The notes beneath the pieces are model-generated. The model searched no databases and was not told the DNA's origin. It saw only the letters and a list, made by a program, of their open reading frames with translations. A program made the position numbers and the translations under genes. From Acidobacteriota bacterium (GTDB lineage Bacteria > Acidobacteriota > UBA890 > WLXD01), in assembly GCA_963666215.2 (NCBI GenBank), contig CAXWPL010000005.1, positions 1,248,001 to 1,312,000 of the forward strand: a DNA stretch of 64,000 nucleotides, written 5' to 3'. Numbering within the stretch: the stretch's first letter is position 1; each line of letters begins with the position of its first letter. Of this stretch, positions 1-8,711 are shown one piece after another.

Positions 1-2
1 AC

Positions 3-338
3 CGGCGCGCCCCTGCAGGGGCACCGTTCGAATTAGATGGCGAGTTCCTCGAGTGCGGGGACCGCGATGACGTAGCCTGCCGCACACTTTGGGCGGCCGT
101 CATCCACAAGGCCATGAAAGACATGGCCTACGCGAGCGCCAAGCAAACCCAACTCGCCCTGTCCCCCAGCGAGCGCGAAAAGCTGCAACGGATCTACGAG
201 CTCGACGCTCCCGAGAACTTCTTCGAGAGTCCCTGGTTCGATGAGATCTGTCGCTATCTCGCGCTGTCGCCGTCGTGCATCCGTACAGAAATCCTGGCGC
301 GCTTCGCGACGCAGAACGGCGTACACAAACGGCTGTAG
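3..338 (+). CDS. Small uncharacterised protein, paralogue 1 (5'-truncated by the window edge)
   Basis: Frame is open from base 3: ...DVACRTLWAAVIHKAMKDM...NFFESPWFDEICRYLALSPSCIR; aligns by eye with 8260..8610 and 2006..2389. Confidence 0.75.
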   Translation, partial: RRAPAGAPFELDGEFLECGDRDDVACRTLWAAVIHKAMKDMAYASAKQTQLALSPSEREKLQRIYELDAPENFFESPWFDEICRYLALSPSCIRTEILARFATQNGVHKRL

Positions 339-389
339 TCCTCAGGCAGCCGTGCGTGAATGGCCGGCGCCATGGACGGTGAGCCCCTC

Positions 390-1025
390 CTAGCGAAGCC
401 GCTCGCCCTTGATCGGCGCAATCCCGGCCATGGCCTCGCGTGACCCGTGCCGCAATACGGAAATCCGCGTCGGTCGCAGAGGGCGGAACATCTCCTCGAT
501 CTCGCTCGTTGGTACGACGCGCGGTGTGAGGCCGGCGGATGAGGGCTCGAAGCGAAGACGATCCGCGCCAACGATGCTGTAGCGCAGCGGCGATGGTTGG
601 CCACGGCCATCGCCATCGAAAATCGCGAACAGCGTGCCGCCGGGGATCAGGCGGCTGCTCAACCAGCCGACAAGCTCGCTAGCTTCGCGCGGCGGCAACA
701 AGCCCATGACCGTCCAGCACAAGATGCCGCCAAAGCGGCGCCCCCGTCGCCCCAGCGCGTCGAGAGCCGCGAGGCCCGAGCGATCGACGGACTCCGACGA
801 GTCCAAAGCTTCCGCGTTGCGCCGCGCCACGTAGTCGTACGCCGCGATCTTGTGTCCGCGGCGGGCCCAGAACATCAGGTTGCTGGGCATTGTCGGCCCG
901 AGGTCGAGAACCTCCGCTTCGGGCCCCAGTCGGGCGACCATGGCCTCGAAGCGCTCGAACAGGTTCGAGGCGTACTCGCCCTCTGCAGCGCCCGAAGGCT
1001 CCGCCCCCGCGGTGCCAACCGTCAA
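390..1025 (-). CDS. Class I SAM-dependent methyltransferase-like protein
   Basis: EVLDLGP motif I, LIPGGTLFAIFD; directly downstream of bactofilin; start uncertain. Confidence 0.7.
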   Translation of the reverse strand: MTVGTAGAEPSGAAEGEYASNLFERFEAMVARLGPEAEVLDLGPTMPSNLMFWARRGHKIAAYDYVARRNAEALDSSESVDRSGLAALDALGRRGRRFGGILCWTVMGLLPPREASELVGWLSSRLIPGGTLFAIFDGDGRGQPSPLRYSIVGADRLRFEPSSAGLTPRVVPTSEIEEMFRPLRPTRISVLRHGSREAMAGIAPIKGERLR

Positions 1026-1055
1026 CGGTAGGACAGGTCGATCAAGGGCCGCGAC

Positions 1056-1640
1056 CTAGGCGTTCGCCTTGGCGGCTGCGGCAGGAGCCGGAGCCGAGGC
1101 GGTTGCTACGGCTTCGCTCTTGCGAGGTCCTGCGTCGGCACTGGCCTTGGCACGGGCCTCCGGCCTTGGCGCGGGCGTCGGGCGCGGGGCAGCGGTGTTC
1201 GCAACCGTCGCCGACTTCATGTCGACGCTGCCCTTGAAGAAAGCTCCATCTGTGATGTTGAGCGACGGCGTCTTCACGTTGCCGGTCAGCGAGGCGGTGG
1301 CTCCCAACACAACCGCCTCCACGGCGTGGACATCTCCATCGACGGTCCCTTCGATGAGAACGGTGTGTCCATGACCCACGGCCTTGACGCTGGCACCCTC
1401 GACAACTCGCAAGGTGCGACTCGAGCGGATCGTGCCCTCTATCCGGCCCTCAATCGTCAGATCTTCCTCAGAGGAGATCGTGCCGTTGACGGCGAGCTTG
1501 CTTCCGAGAACTGAGCCGCCAGTCGGGGCCCGCGCCGCAGCCCGCGCCGGCGTGGACGCTGGAGCGCTAGCTACAGCGGTGGATGTGGTTGCCGGTGCTG
1601 CCGGCTTCTGAGCTTCCTTTTCCTGATCGAACCAGCCCAT
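1056..1640 (-). CDS. Bactofilin (polymer-forming cytoskeletal protein, CcmA family)
   Basis: SVLGSKLAVNGTISSEEDLTIEGRIEGTI...LNITDGAFFKGSVDM beta-helix pattern; ATG at 1640 with GGAG RBS. Confidence 0.9.
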   Translation of the reverse strand: MGWFDQEKEAQKPAAPATTSTAVASAPASTPARAAARAPTGGSVLGSKLAVNGTISSEEDLTIEGRIEGTIRSSRTLRVVEGASVKAVGHGHTVLIEGTVDGDVHAVEAVVLGATASLTGNVKTPSLNITDGAFFKGSVDMKSATVANTAAPRPTPAPRPEARAKASADAGPRKSEAVATASAPAPAAAAKANA

Positions 1641-1870
1641 CTCGTTACTGCTCCTTACTGGGTGGACGCTCACAACAGCGCCAGCGAGTTGTGAGGGCGC
1701 CTCGAGGACGGTCCCGGCTCGCAACGCGGCTAGGTTATCCGGCCTTCACGGTGGAGGAAAGTGCCACGCGACACGAGGGCGCTGGAGACCGCCGCGAAGG
1801 TCGTTGGGGACTTCTGCAGCCCCCTGCGGCCGGCGCTGGACCCTCAAGTCCAGTGGCTCCAACAACTTGC

Positions 1871-1984
1871 AGGTATTAGTCACTATTAGTTATGATTAGT
1901 TAGTTAAAGTTTTTCTAACTTTCTATTAGTGCTATTTTAACATTAAAACGCTTTCGACTTATCTCTATAGCCATCGTTAGTCAC
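1871..1984. promoter_or_regulatory. AT-rich divergent promoter region with ATTAGT motifs at 10-bp spacing
   Basis: ATTAGT at 1875, 1885, 1895 and 1925, degenerate TAAAGT at 1905, GTTAGTCAC at 1976. Confidence 0.6.
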
Positions 1985-2005
1985 ACCAGCTACCGGAGAG
2001 ACCCC

Positions 2006-2389
2006 ATGTCGAGCAGCAACTTCCCCGTTCGCCGCACCAGCGCCCGCGCTCGGGCCCGCCTCCACGGCGAGTCCCTCCCCTCCGGCTCCGTACACGCCGC
2101 GCAGTACCTGACCGGGACCCCCGAGACCGTGCTTTGGGGCGAGGTGCTGTTGCGAGCGATCGATGACTTCAAGATCTACACGTCGCACCGCTCCGACCCC
2201 GAAGCCAATCCCGTCTCGCAGAAGACGCTGCGCTCGATACTCGCCGACGGTTGCGACCCGGAGTACTCGTTCTTCGGCAACAACACCGGCTTCGACGCGG
2301 TCTGCATGGTGCTCAACATCGAGCCCGACGTCATTCGCCGGCACCTACGCGGATGGGTAGACGAGATCGGCGACCAACTGCGTTACTAG
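2006..2389 (+). CDS. Small uncharacterised protein, paralogue 2
   Basis: GGAG RBS; LWGEVLLRAIDD...FFGNNTGFDAVCMVLNIEPDVIR shares the motif of the other two paralogues. Confidence 0.75.
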   Translation: MSSSNFPVRRTSARARARLHGESLPSGSVHAAQYLTGTPETVLWGEVLLRAIDDFKIYTSHRSDPEANPVSQKTLRSILADGCDPEYSFFGNNTGFDAVCMVLNIEPDVIRRHLRGWVDEIGDQLRY

Positions 2390-2467
2390 CCGCGTATAAT
2401 CGGCTCCCCGCTCATCCGAGGCGCGAGCTAGCGCTTGCGCCTCGCGACCCATCCGCGAGGAGTCATC

Positions 2468-2701
2468 GTGAAGATCCAGCTGACCTACTGCGCCGCTTGA
2501 AACTACGAACCCCAAGCCCTCAGTTTGACGGGCAAAATCGTTAGCGAGCTCAAGCAACGCCTCGACAGCATCACGCTCGTGCCGGCGGCCGGCGGCAAGT
2601 TCGAGCTCGAAGTCGATGGGTTGCTGATGTACTCCAAGCTCCAGACTCGCTCCTTCCCGGACGAAGACGAGATTCTCGAGCAGCTCCGCTCGCAGATTTG
2701 A
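2468..2701 (+). CDS. Rdx family (SelW/SelT/SelH-like) selenoprotein, 77 aa, CxxU motif
   Basis: GAGGAG RBS, GTG start, MKIQLTYCAA-TGA(2498-2500)-NYEPQA...PAAGGKFELEVDGLLMYSKLQTRSFPDEDEILEQL; SECIS-like hairpin 2516-2533. Confidence 0.88.
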
Positions 2702-4452
2702 GCCGGCCTCGAGGAGGCTCCAAGCCGGGCTGCCGATTCTCGAGTCCTTCAACCGCATTCGCGTTGGCGCTGTGCGCGGTGCTGGTACCCGCCGCGTGCG
2801 CCGCACCTGAGCCGGATTCACCGGCCGATGTCGTCTATCTCAACGCCGACGTCCACACGGCCGACGCGACCACTCCTCGGGCACAGGCGATCGCAGTCGC
2901 CGACGGACGTTTTCTCGCCGTCGGAACCAACGCGGAGGTCCGAGCACACATCGGTAGCTCGACGACCGTGATCGAAGCGGATGGAGCGACCGTCCTGCCG
3001 GGGCTCATCGACGGTCACGTCCACCTCGAGAGCGGCCTGTCACTCGTCCGCGGGGTCAACCTCTACGGCATACCCGACAAGCGCGAGTGGCTGCGCCTCA
3101 TCGGTGAGCGCGCCGCGGAGCTTCCCGCGGGAAGCTGGATCGTCGGTGGTCGCTGGGACCACACGCTGCTGCCGGGCGCCGAGTTCCCCACCCGCTTCGA
3201 CCTCGACGAAGTAACCCCCGAGCATCCCGTGGTACTGGGCGACGTCGACGGCCACAGCACGTGGGCCAATACCCTGGCGCTCGAGATTGCCGGCGTGACT
3301 GCCGACACCCCCGACCCGATGGGAGGCGAGATCCTCCACGACGCCAGCACCGGCGAGCCCACCGGGATCTTCTTGGAGACCGCCAACGGACTCGTGCGAC
3401 GTCACGTCCCACCCCTCGAGGGAGAGGACCGGCTCGAAGCTCTGGCCGACACGTTCCGACTGGCCAACAGCCTGGGCCTCACAGGCGCCCACAACATGAC
3501 GGGCATGTCGTCGCTCGACGACTACACCGAGCTGCTGGCCCGCGACGAGCTCACGCTGCGGATCTGGTTCGGCGCCACCGGGCTCGATGCCGAAAGCGCG
3601 CCTCGAGCGGCGGCTCGTCGAGACGAGCTCGCCGCGGAGCTGCAGGAGGTCACCGCGCAGCGTGGACCCACTCTCGAGTTCGGCTACTCCAAACAGATGA
3701 TCGACGGCGTGCTTTCGTCGCGCACCGCTGCGCTGCTCGAGCCCTATGCCGACGACACCTCGCGAAGGGGCCTTCCGCGGTACGAGCCGACGGAGTTCGA
3801 CGAGCGTATCGAGGCGGTGGCTGCTGCCGGGTTCCCGATCGCCATTCATGCGATCGGCGACGCCAGCGTACGCTTCTCTCTTGACGCGCTCGAGCGGGCT
3901 CAGCAACAGCTCGGCGCCCCGCGCCGGCCGCATCGCCTGGAGCACATCGAGGTCATCAACGAGGACGACGTCCCTCGCTTCGCTGCGCTGGGCATACTCG
4001 CCTCGATGAACCCGCACCACTGCATCACCGGCATCGACGTCTACAACACCGACCGTCTCGGCGAAGATCGCGCCGGCTGGTCGTTCGCCTGGGGCAAGCT
4101 GCGAGACGCCGGAGCCACGCTCGTCTTCGGCACCGACTGGGCCACGGCGCCGCTCGACCCGCTGCGCCAACTCTACGCCGCCACATTGCGTGAGAAGCCA
4201 GGTGGCGGGCCGGCCGGAGGATGGCACCCCGAGAACCGGGTGACCTGGGACGAGGCGCTCGCCGCGTACACGATTGCACCAGCACGCGCCGCGGGCTGGG
4301 ACGGTGAGATCGGCAGCATCACGGTGGGCAAACGCGCCGACTTCGTCGTTCTCGATGATGCCTTGCCGACCCCGATCGACCGCGGAATCCTCGACCGTAG
4401 CGTCGTCGCCACGTATCTCGGCGGCACGCCGGTGTTCGAAACGGGTCGCTAG
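2698..4452 (+). CDS. Amidohydrolase (amidohydro_3 / YtcJ-like), probably exported
   Basis: LPGLIDGHVH, HAIGD, RLEHIE, GTDW, GSITVGKRADFVVLD; N-terminal hydrophobic segment ending in a Cys. Confidence 0.9.
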   Translation: MSRPRGGSKPGCRFSSPSTAFALALCAVLVPAACAAPEPDSPADVVYLNADVHTADATTPRAQAIAVADGRFLAVGTNAEVRAHIGSSTTVIEADGATVLPGLIDGHVHLESGLSLVRGVNLYGIPDKREWLRLIGERAAELPAGSWIVGGRWDHTLLPGAEFPTRFDLDEVTPEHPVVLGDVDGHSTWANTLALEIAGVTADTPDPMGGEILHDASTGEPTGIFLETANGLVRRHVPPLEGEDRLEALADTFRLANSLGLTGAHNMTGMSSLDDYTELLARDELTLRIWFGATGLDAESAPRAAARRDELAAELQEVTAQRGPTLEFGYSKQMIDGVLSSRTAALLEPYADDTSRRGLPRYEPTEFDERIEAVAAAGFPIAIHAIGDASVRFSLDALERAQQQLGAPRRPHRLEHIEVINEDDVPRFAALGILASMNPHHCITGIDVYNTDRLGEDRAGWSFAWGKLRDAGATLVFGTDWATAPLDPLRQLYAATLREKPGGGPAGGWHPENRVTWDEALAAYTIAPARAAGWDGEIGSITVGKRADFVVLDDALPTPIDRGILDRSVVATYLGGTPVFETGR

Positions 4453-4481
4453 GCCAGAGAATCATCAGTCGGACGGATCGC

Positions 4482-5333
4482 CTAGTAGAACTGGCAGCCA
4501 GGGCAGTAGAAGGAGGATCGGCCGGCCTGCACGACGCGTCGGATTGTGCGCGCGCAGCGACGACAGGCTTCGCCTTCTCTGCCGTAGGCCATGAGATCGA
4601 GCGCGAAGTAGCCGAGGTTTCCATCGAGGTCATGGAAGTCGCGGAGAGTCGTGCCACCTGCCTCGATGGCACGGCTCAGCACCTCTACACAAGCGTCGTA
4701 GATTCGGCCCCAGCGCAGGGCCGAAATGCGCCTGACTGGGACTGCCGGATGAACGCGCGCGAGCCACAACGCCTCGACTGCGTAGATGTTCCCCACACCC
4801 ACAACGATCCGCGCATCCATCAAGAAGTTCTTGAGTGGGCGCCGCGAGTGCCGCGAGGCTACCTGCAGGTAGGTGGAAGAGAAATCGGGGCCGAGAGGCT
4901 CGGGCCCGAGATGAGCCAGCAGTCCATGCTCCGAGAGCCGGGCCGACGCTGCCACCTCGACCAAACCGAAGCGACGTGGGTCGCGGAAGCGGAGCTCGAG
5001 AGAGGCCACACTATCGTCACCCAACCACCAGCGAACGTGGTCGTGCGCGCCCAGCGGAACGACCTCACAATCCGGCGTGGCGTGTAGCAGTCTGAGACTG
5101 CCGCTCATACCCAGGTGTAGCAGGATCGAGCTGCCGCGATCGAGAGAAAAAACGAGGTACTTGGCGCGCCGCTGAACTTCAGTAAAACGCGCGCCCACCA
5201 GTCGGCGCAACGCGGCAGTCGGAACTCGCCTCCGGAGCGACGGCTGGCGCACTTCCACGTGCTGCAACTGAAGCCCGCACATTCGAGGGGCCAAGCCGCG
5301 TCGGATCGTTTCGACTTCTGGCAGCTCGGGCAT
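4482..5333 (-). CDS. mutM: Formamidopyrimidine-DNA glycosylase
   Basis: MPELPEVET N-terminus, HLGMSG, DPRRFG, GVGNIY, C-terminal Zn finger. Confidence 0.97.
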   Translation of the reverse strand: MPELPEVETIRRGLAPRMCGLQLQHVEVRQPSLRRRVPTAALRRLVGARFTEVQRRAKYLVFSLDRGSSILLHLGMSGSLRLLHATPDCEVVPLGAHDHVRWWLGDDSVASLELRFRDPRRFGLVEVAASARLSEHGLLAHLGPEPLGPDFSSTYLQVASRHSRRPLKNFLMDARIVVGVGNIYAVEALWLARVHPAVPVRRISALRWGRIYDACVEVLSRAIEAGGTTLRDFHDLDGNLGYFALDLMAYGREGEACRRCARTIRRVVQAGRSSFYCPGCQFY

Positions 5334-5367
5334 GACAACGTCAATCAGAACACGCCAGACATACGGA

Positions 5368-5394
5368 GGGCGGGAGCTACCCTAGCCCCCGCCC
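5368..5394 (-). terminator. Hairpin between the histone-like gene and mutM
   Basis: GGGCGGGAGCTA-CCC-TAGCCCCCGCCC stem with one mismatch; no clear U-tract. Confidence 0.4.
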
Positions 5395-5421
5395 GCGTAC
5401 GTTGCCTTAGGCGTCGCCGAC

Positions 5422-5607
5422 TTACTTCTTTTTCCGCGTCGCCTTTTTCTTAGCGGCCTTCTTCGGGGCAGCCTTCTTCTTGGCGGCCTTCTTCTTCGGC
5501 GCAGCCTTCTTCTTGGCTACCTTCTTCTTCGGCGCAGCCTTCTTCTTGGCTACCTTCTTCTTGGCCGGGGATTTCGCTGCCGACTTCTTGGCGTTTCTTA
5601 CCGCCAT
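5422..5607 (-). CDS. Lys/Ala-rich histone H1-like nucleoid protein
   Basis: MAVRNAKKSAAKSPAKKKVAKKKAAPKKK... repeats; purine-rich RBS upstream. Confidence 0.8.
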   Translation of the reverse strand: MAVRNAKKSAAKSPAKKKVAKKKAAPKKKVAKKKAAPKKKAAKKKAAPKKAAKKKATRKKK

Positions 5608-5659
5608 TGTGTTGCCCCTTTCTCCTACCACCCTAGGAGGGTTCCCCCCCACGGAGCCA

Positions 5660-5827
5660 GGCCGTCAGTCGCCGGAAGAGTATGTGCGGACAGCAATCTG
5701 GCCTAGCTCGGCCAGAGTCGAGCCGACAAGCGCCGCCGCCGTTTCCGTCAGCGACTCCGGAACACGGCTCTCGTGCGGGCGTTACCATGCAAAGGTCGGG
5801 GGAACAACCCCGATCTCAGAAGTGAGC
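5660..5827 (-). mobile_element. Scrambled IS481 left-end fragment (decayed copy or consensus artefact)
   Basis: Ordered blocks CGCCGCCGCCGTTTCCGTCA, TCGTGCGGGCGTTACCATGCA, GAACAACCCC and GATCTCAGAAGTGAGC match the copy at 19856-20922. Confidence 0.7.
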
Positions 5828-6111
5828 GTGTCACCGTTCCCCCCCACGGAAACCGATGTCGCCGGAAGAGTATGTGCAACTGGCTAGGGAGAGTAAAGCG
5901 ACTCCAACACGAAAAGGGGGCGACCGGCGGTCACCGTTGAGGCCACATTTGTCGAGGCGCGGACTCTGCGTCCGACCGATCGACTCATCCAAGCGCATGT
6001 TGGCGACCCCATCGAAACTCAACCGCGTCGCGTCCGTGCTTAAGGTTGTCACCGGCAACCCCATCGCGCCGCGGTGATCGGCTCCCTAGTACCTACCCTA
6101 CGAAACACCCT

Positions 6112-6620
6112 ATGCCCAACCCCCATCGCCGCCCGAGGCTCACTTCGATCCTTCCTCTACTGCCGCTGCTCGTGGTCGCGACCTCGAGCGCTTGCGGACC
6201 GGCCGACACGTCGGCAGCAGCCACCAGCCTGGCACCGGTTAACGAGGCCAACACCGAGGCCGCTCAGGTCGCCAAGACCCTGTAGCCGTTGTGGTCGAGG
6301 CGGTGACCAGCGGGGCGATGACCTCTTGGGTCGCGACGTCCGGGAATCTCGAAGCGGTGGAGAGGGTCGACGTGCTCGCCAAGGTCCCTGGTCAGATCGA
6401 CGCTCTACACGCGGAGGAGGGCCAACGGGTGGCCGACGACGAGCCGCTGCTCGAGCTCGATCCCAATGAGTATCGCCTCGCGGGCGATCGCGCAGAGGCC
6501 GAGATGCTCAAGAAGGAGGCCGACCTGGCGCGCTCCGATCGCATGCACGAACAAGGCGTCATCTCCAAGCAGGACTACGGCCAGGCACAGTACGACTTGA
6601 GGCACGCACAGCTCTCGAGA
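6112..6620 (+). pseudogene. Efflux RND periplasmic adaptor subunit, frameshifted near 6283 and truncated
   Basis: Lipoprotein-like N-terminus, then in another frame SGNLEAVERVDVLAKVPGQIDALHAEEGQRV..EPLLELD; no C-terminal half. Confidence 0.75.
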
Positions 6621-6785
6621 TCGACATTCGCTTTCAGCTCGAGAAGGCCGATCGGGCTCGCTCATCACTCCGCTAGCGGCGCCGCTGACGCTCGAGGAAG
6701 CGGAGCGCGCGGTTCCGGCTAGCTAGCGACCTCCAGGTCTTCCCTGGTGTCGAGGGGTTGCGAGGTTGGAGATTGCTGCTCGAGC

Positions 6786-7838
6786 TCAGTTCAGCTCGAG
6801 GCGGTCGGCGATGAAGCGGCCGGTCGCCTGCCGTGTCGCACGCGAGATCATCAAGCTGATGTGGCCGTGCGGTACCCACCACACTCCGCACCCCCAGCCC
6901 GCCGCCGAGCGCGCAAGTCCACGTCTCCCGACAACGTTGTCGTAGCGCGCTCCCACAACCAGCACCCGGTCGCGCGGCACCGCCAGCGGCCGCCGAGCCG
7001 CCCGGTAGTGATGGAACATGCTAGCGGCCTGCTCGCGATCAATGCCCGCTTCGGCGAGCGCCCTGCAGATTGGAGTCGCGATCGGCGAGCTCCAAACCGT
7101 TTCGGCCGGCTCGACCACGGGCGCCCACAGCGCGACCGCATCCCAGCTGGCGCTCAGCGAAGCGCCGAGCGCGGCCACCCAACCACCCAGGCTCATCCCC
7201 CAGAGCGCCACCCGCGAGTAGCCCCTACGCCGAAGCCAGGCCTCGAGCCACAGCAGCTCAGCTACAGCGCGTTGCAGAGCCTGCGCGGTGGCACCGATGT
7301 CTGCCGAGAGGCAGCGTTCGCCCGACAGCGAGCCTGGCGGTGTGCGCTCTGCATGCTCCGGAAGACGGGGCATCCAGATGTCGCATCCCTGTCCACGCAG
7401 CGGTGTCGCCAGCGACCGGAAGTACGGCATATGGGAGCGCGTGGCCAACCACCCGTGCAGCAGCACGAGCGCCGTGCGTCCCCCTTCGCCTCCCCGCTCA
7501 GGGCCGCCAACTGAAGCTCGATATGAGGAGCTCGCGACCGAGCGTGAGATCGAGCTCTGGGACGAGCGCGCCGGCGTCGCCTTGTGGCAACTGGCCACCC
7601 AACCCGTGCCCTCGTCGTGCCAGAGCTCGGTGGCGCCATCCGGGCCCCACCCACGACCGTCGCCGTCGATACGCCGCGGCGCCGCCGGATCGAACGCACG
7701 GGGCCCCTGAAAGCCGTGCTCTCTCCAAGGATCCGACTGCAGCTCCGACATGGTGGGGGTGGGCTGCCGCCGGCCGATTCGGGCCCGCACCACTGCCACG
7801 TTCACCCAGTCGAGAATCTCCCCCGACCACCGCCCCAT
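6786..7838 (-). CDS. Alpha/beta hydrolase
   Basis: LVLLHGW, GMSLGG nucleophile elbow, ARYDNVV, HGH; start uncertain (7751 possible). Confidence 0.8.
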   Translation of the reverse strand: MGRWSGEILDWVNVAVVRARIGRRQPTPTMSELQSDPWREHGFQGPRAFDPAAPRRIDGDGRGWGPDGATELWHDEGTGWVASCHKATPARSSQSSISRSVASSSYRASVGGPERGGEGGRTALVLLHGWLATRSHMPYFRSLATPLRGQGCDIWMPRLPEHAERTPPGSLSGERCLSADIGATAQALQRAVAELLWLEAWLRRRGYSRVALWGMSLGGWVAALGASLSASWDAVALWAPVVEPAETVWSSPIATPICRALAEAGIDREQAASMFHHYRAARRPLAVPRDRVLVVGARYDNVVGRRGLARSAAGWGCGVWWVPHGHISLMISRATRQATGRFIADRLELN

Positions 7839-8127
7839 TTCCGCCGAACCCTTCGTGTGTCAAGAGAGAGGCCGCTTACACCCGCGCCCATCCAACCATG
7901 AAAATTCGCGACAACAGAGAAACTTTTTGGGAACCCGGGCGTCTAACTGAACTAAAGCGGTCAAGGGCGCGCTGGCTCTGTCCTGTGATGGACGTAAAGG
8001 GGAGCGGCCTGGGGCTGGGGCTGGCGCGCCGTTGATCGCTTTGCCTTACTCCGGCGGTGCTCGTTGGTTGACGAGCAACACCGGGTATTGCGAACAGCGA
8101 GCGTGGGTCCCCACCCTGCGGGAAAAG

Positions 8128-8143
8128 TGGCATACCGCTTGCA
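8128..8143 (+). promoter_or_regulatory. Sigma54 (-24/-12) promoter
   Basis: TGGCATACCGCTTGCA with exact GG-N10-GC spacing, in a ~420-bp intergenic region upstream of 8260. Confidence 0.7.
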
Positions 8144-8259
8144 CATGCAAGTCGGTATATCGAACGGACCGAACGGAAGGACAGCACAGATCCAGACGGA
8201 CCGGACTCGAACACACAAACAAGCGCCAAATGCTCCCCCGCCTTGGTGAGGTCGAAATC

Positions 8260-8610
8260 ATGCAAATCAGCCGCTGCCCAAAAAAATCGAAAGGTCAGCT
8301 CGACGCAGTCTTCGAGGCCGAGCGCGACCAGTTCACCGACGGCCAAAAAGACGTGCACGCGTGCCGGCAGCTGTGGCGCACGGTCATCCATCGCACGGTC
8401 GACGACATGCGGTTCCTACGCACGCATCGCCGTGCGGCCGGACGATTGAAGAAGCACGAAGAGGAGCGCCTTCGTCGCATCCGCGAGAATCCGCCCCACG
8501 AGTTCATTCAGGGCAAGTGGTTCGAACAGATCTGCGACTACCTGCAGGTGAGTCCGACCCGCGTACGACGCGCCATCCAAGCTCTCGAGGCGAACGCCGA
8601 GGCCGCCTGA
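8260..8610 (+). CDS. Small uncharacterised protein, paralogue 3
   Basis: GAGGT RBS, ATG 8260; DVHACRQLWRTVIHRTVDDM...FIQGKWFEQICDYLQVSPTRVR. Confidence 0.8.
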   Translation: MQISRCPKKSKGQLDAVFEAERDQFTDGQKDVHACRQLWRTVIHRTVDDMRFLRTHRRAAGRLKKHEEERLRRIRENPPHEFIQGKWFEQICDYLQVSPTRVRRAIQALEANAEAA

Positions 8611-8641
8611 GCGTCGCGTCTTACCACGGAGCCAGCTCTCG

Positions 8642-8681
8642 AACGGGGGAAGCAGCAGCGCTGCTTCCCCCGTTTGCTTTT
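8642..8681 (+). terminator. Intrinsic terminator
   Basis: AACGGGGGAAGCAG-CAGCG-CTGCTTCCCCCGTT followed by TGCTTTT. Confidence 0.75.
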
Positions 8682-8711
8682 GCCATAGGGCTGGCGTCTA
8701 ATGACCACTCG

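Noticed and set aside
1854-1871. TGGC...TTGCA as a sigma54 promoter
   Set aside because: GG to GC spacing is 12, not 10
1871-1984. AT-rich patch as oriC
   Set aside because: No DnaA boxes (TTATCCACA) seen and no dnaA/dnaN context
2345-2821. 158-aa minus-strand ORF
   Set aside because: Shadow of the Rdx selenoprotein on the plus strand
5440-5570. Tandem DNA repeats as an array
   Set aside because: Explained by the KKKAAPKKK coding repeats of the histone-like protein
5641-5887. Direct repeat pair as a riboswitch or ncRNA
   Set aside because: Interleaved with IS481 sequence blocks; better explained as an IS remnant or consensus artefact
6283-6285. TAG in the RND adaptor as pyrrolysine or read-through
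   Set aside because: The downstream homology is in a different frame, so this is a frameshift
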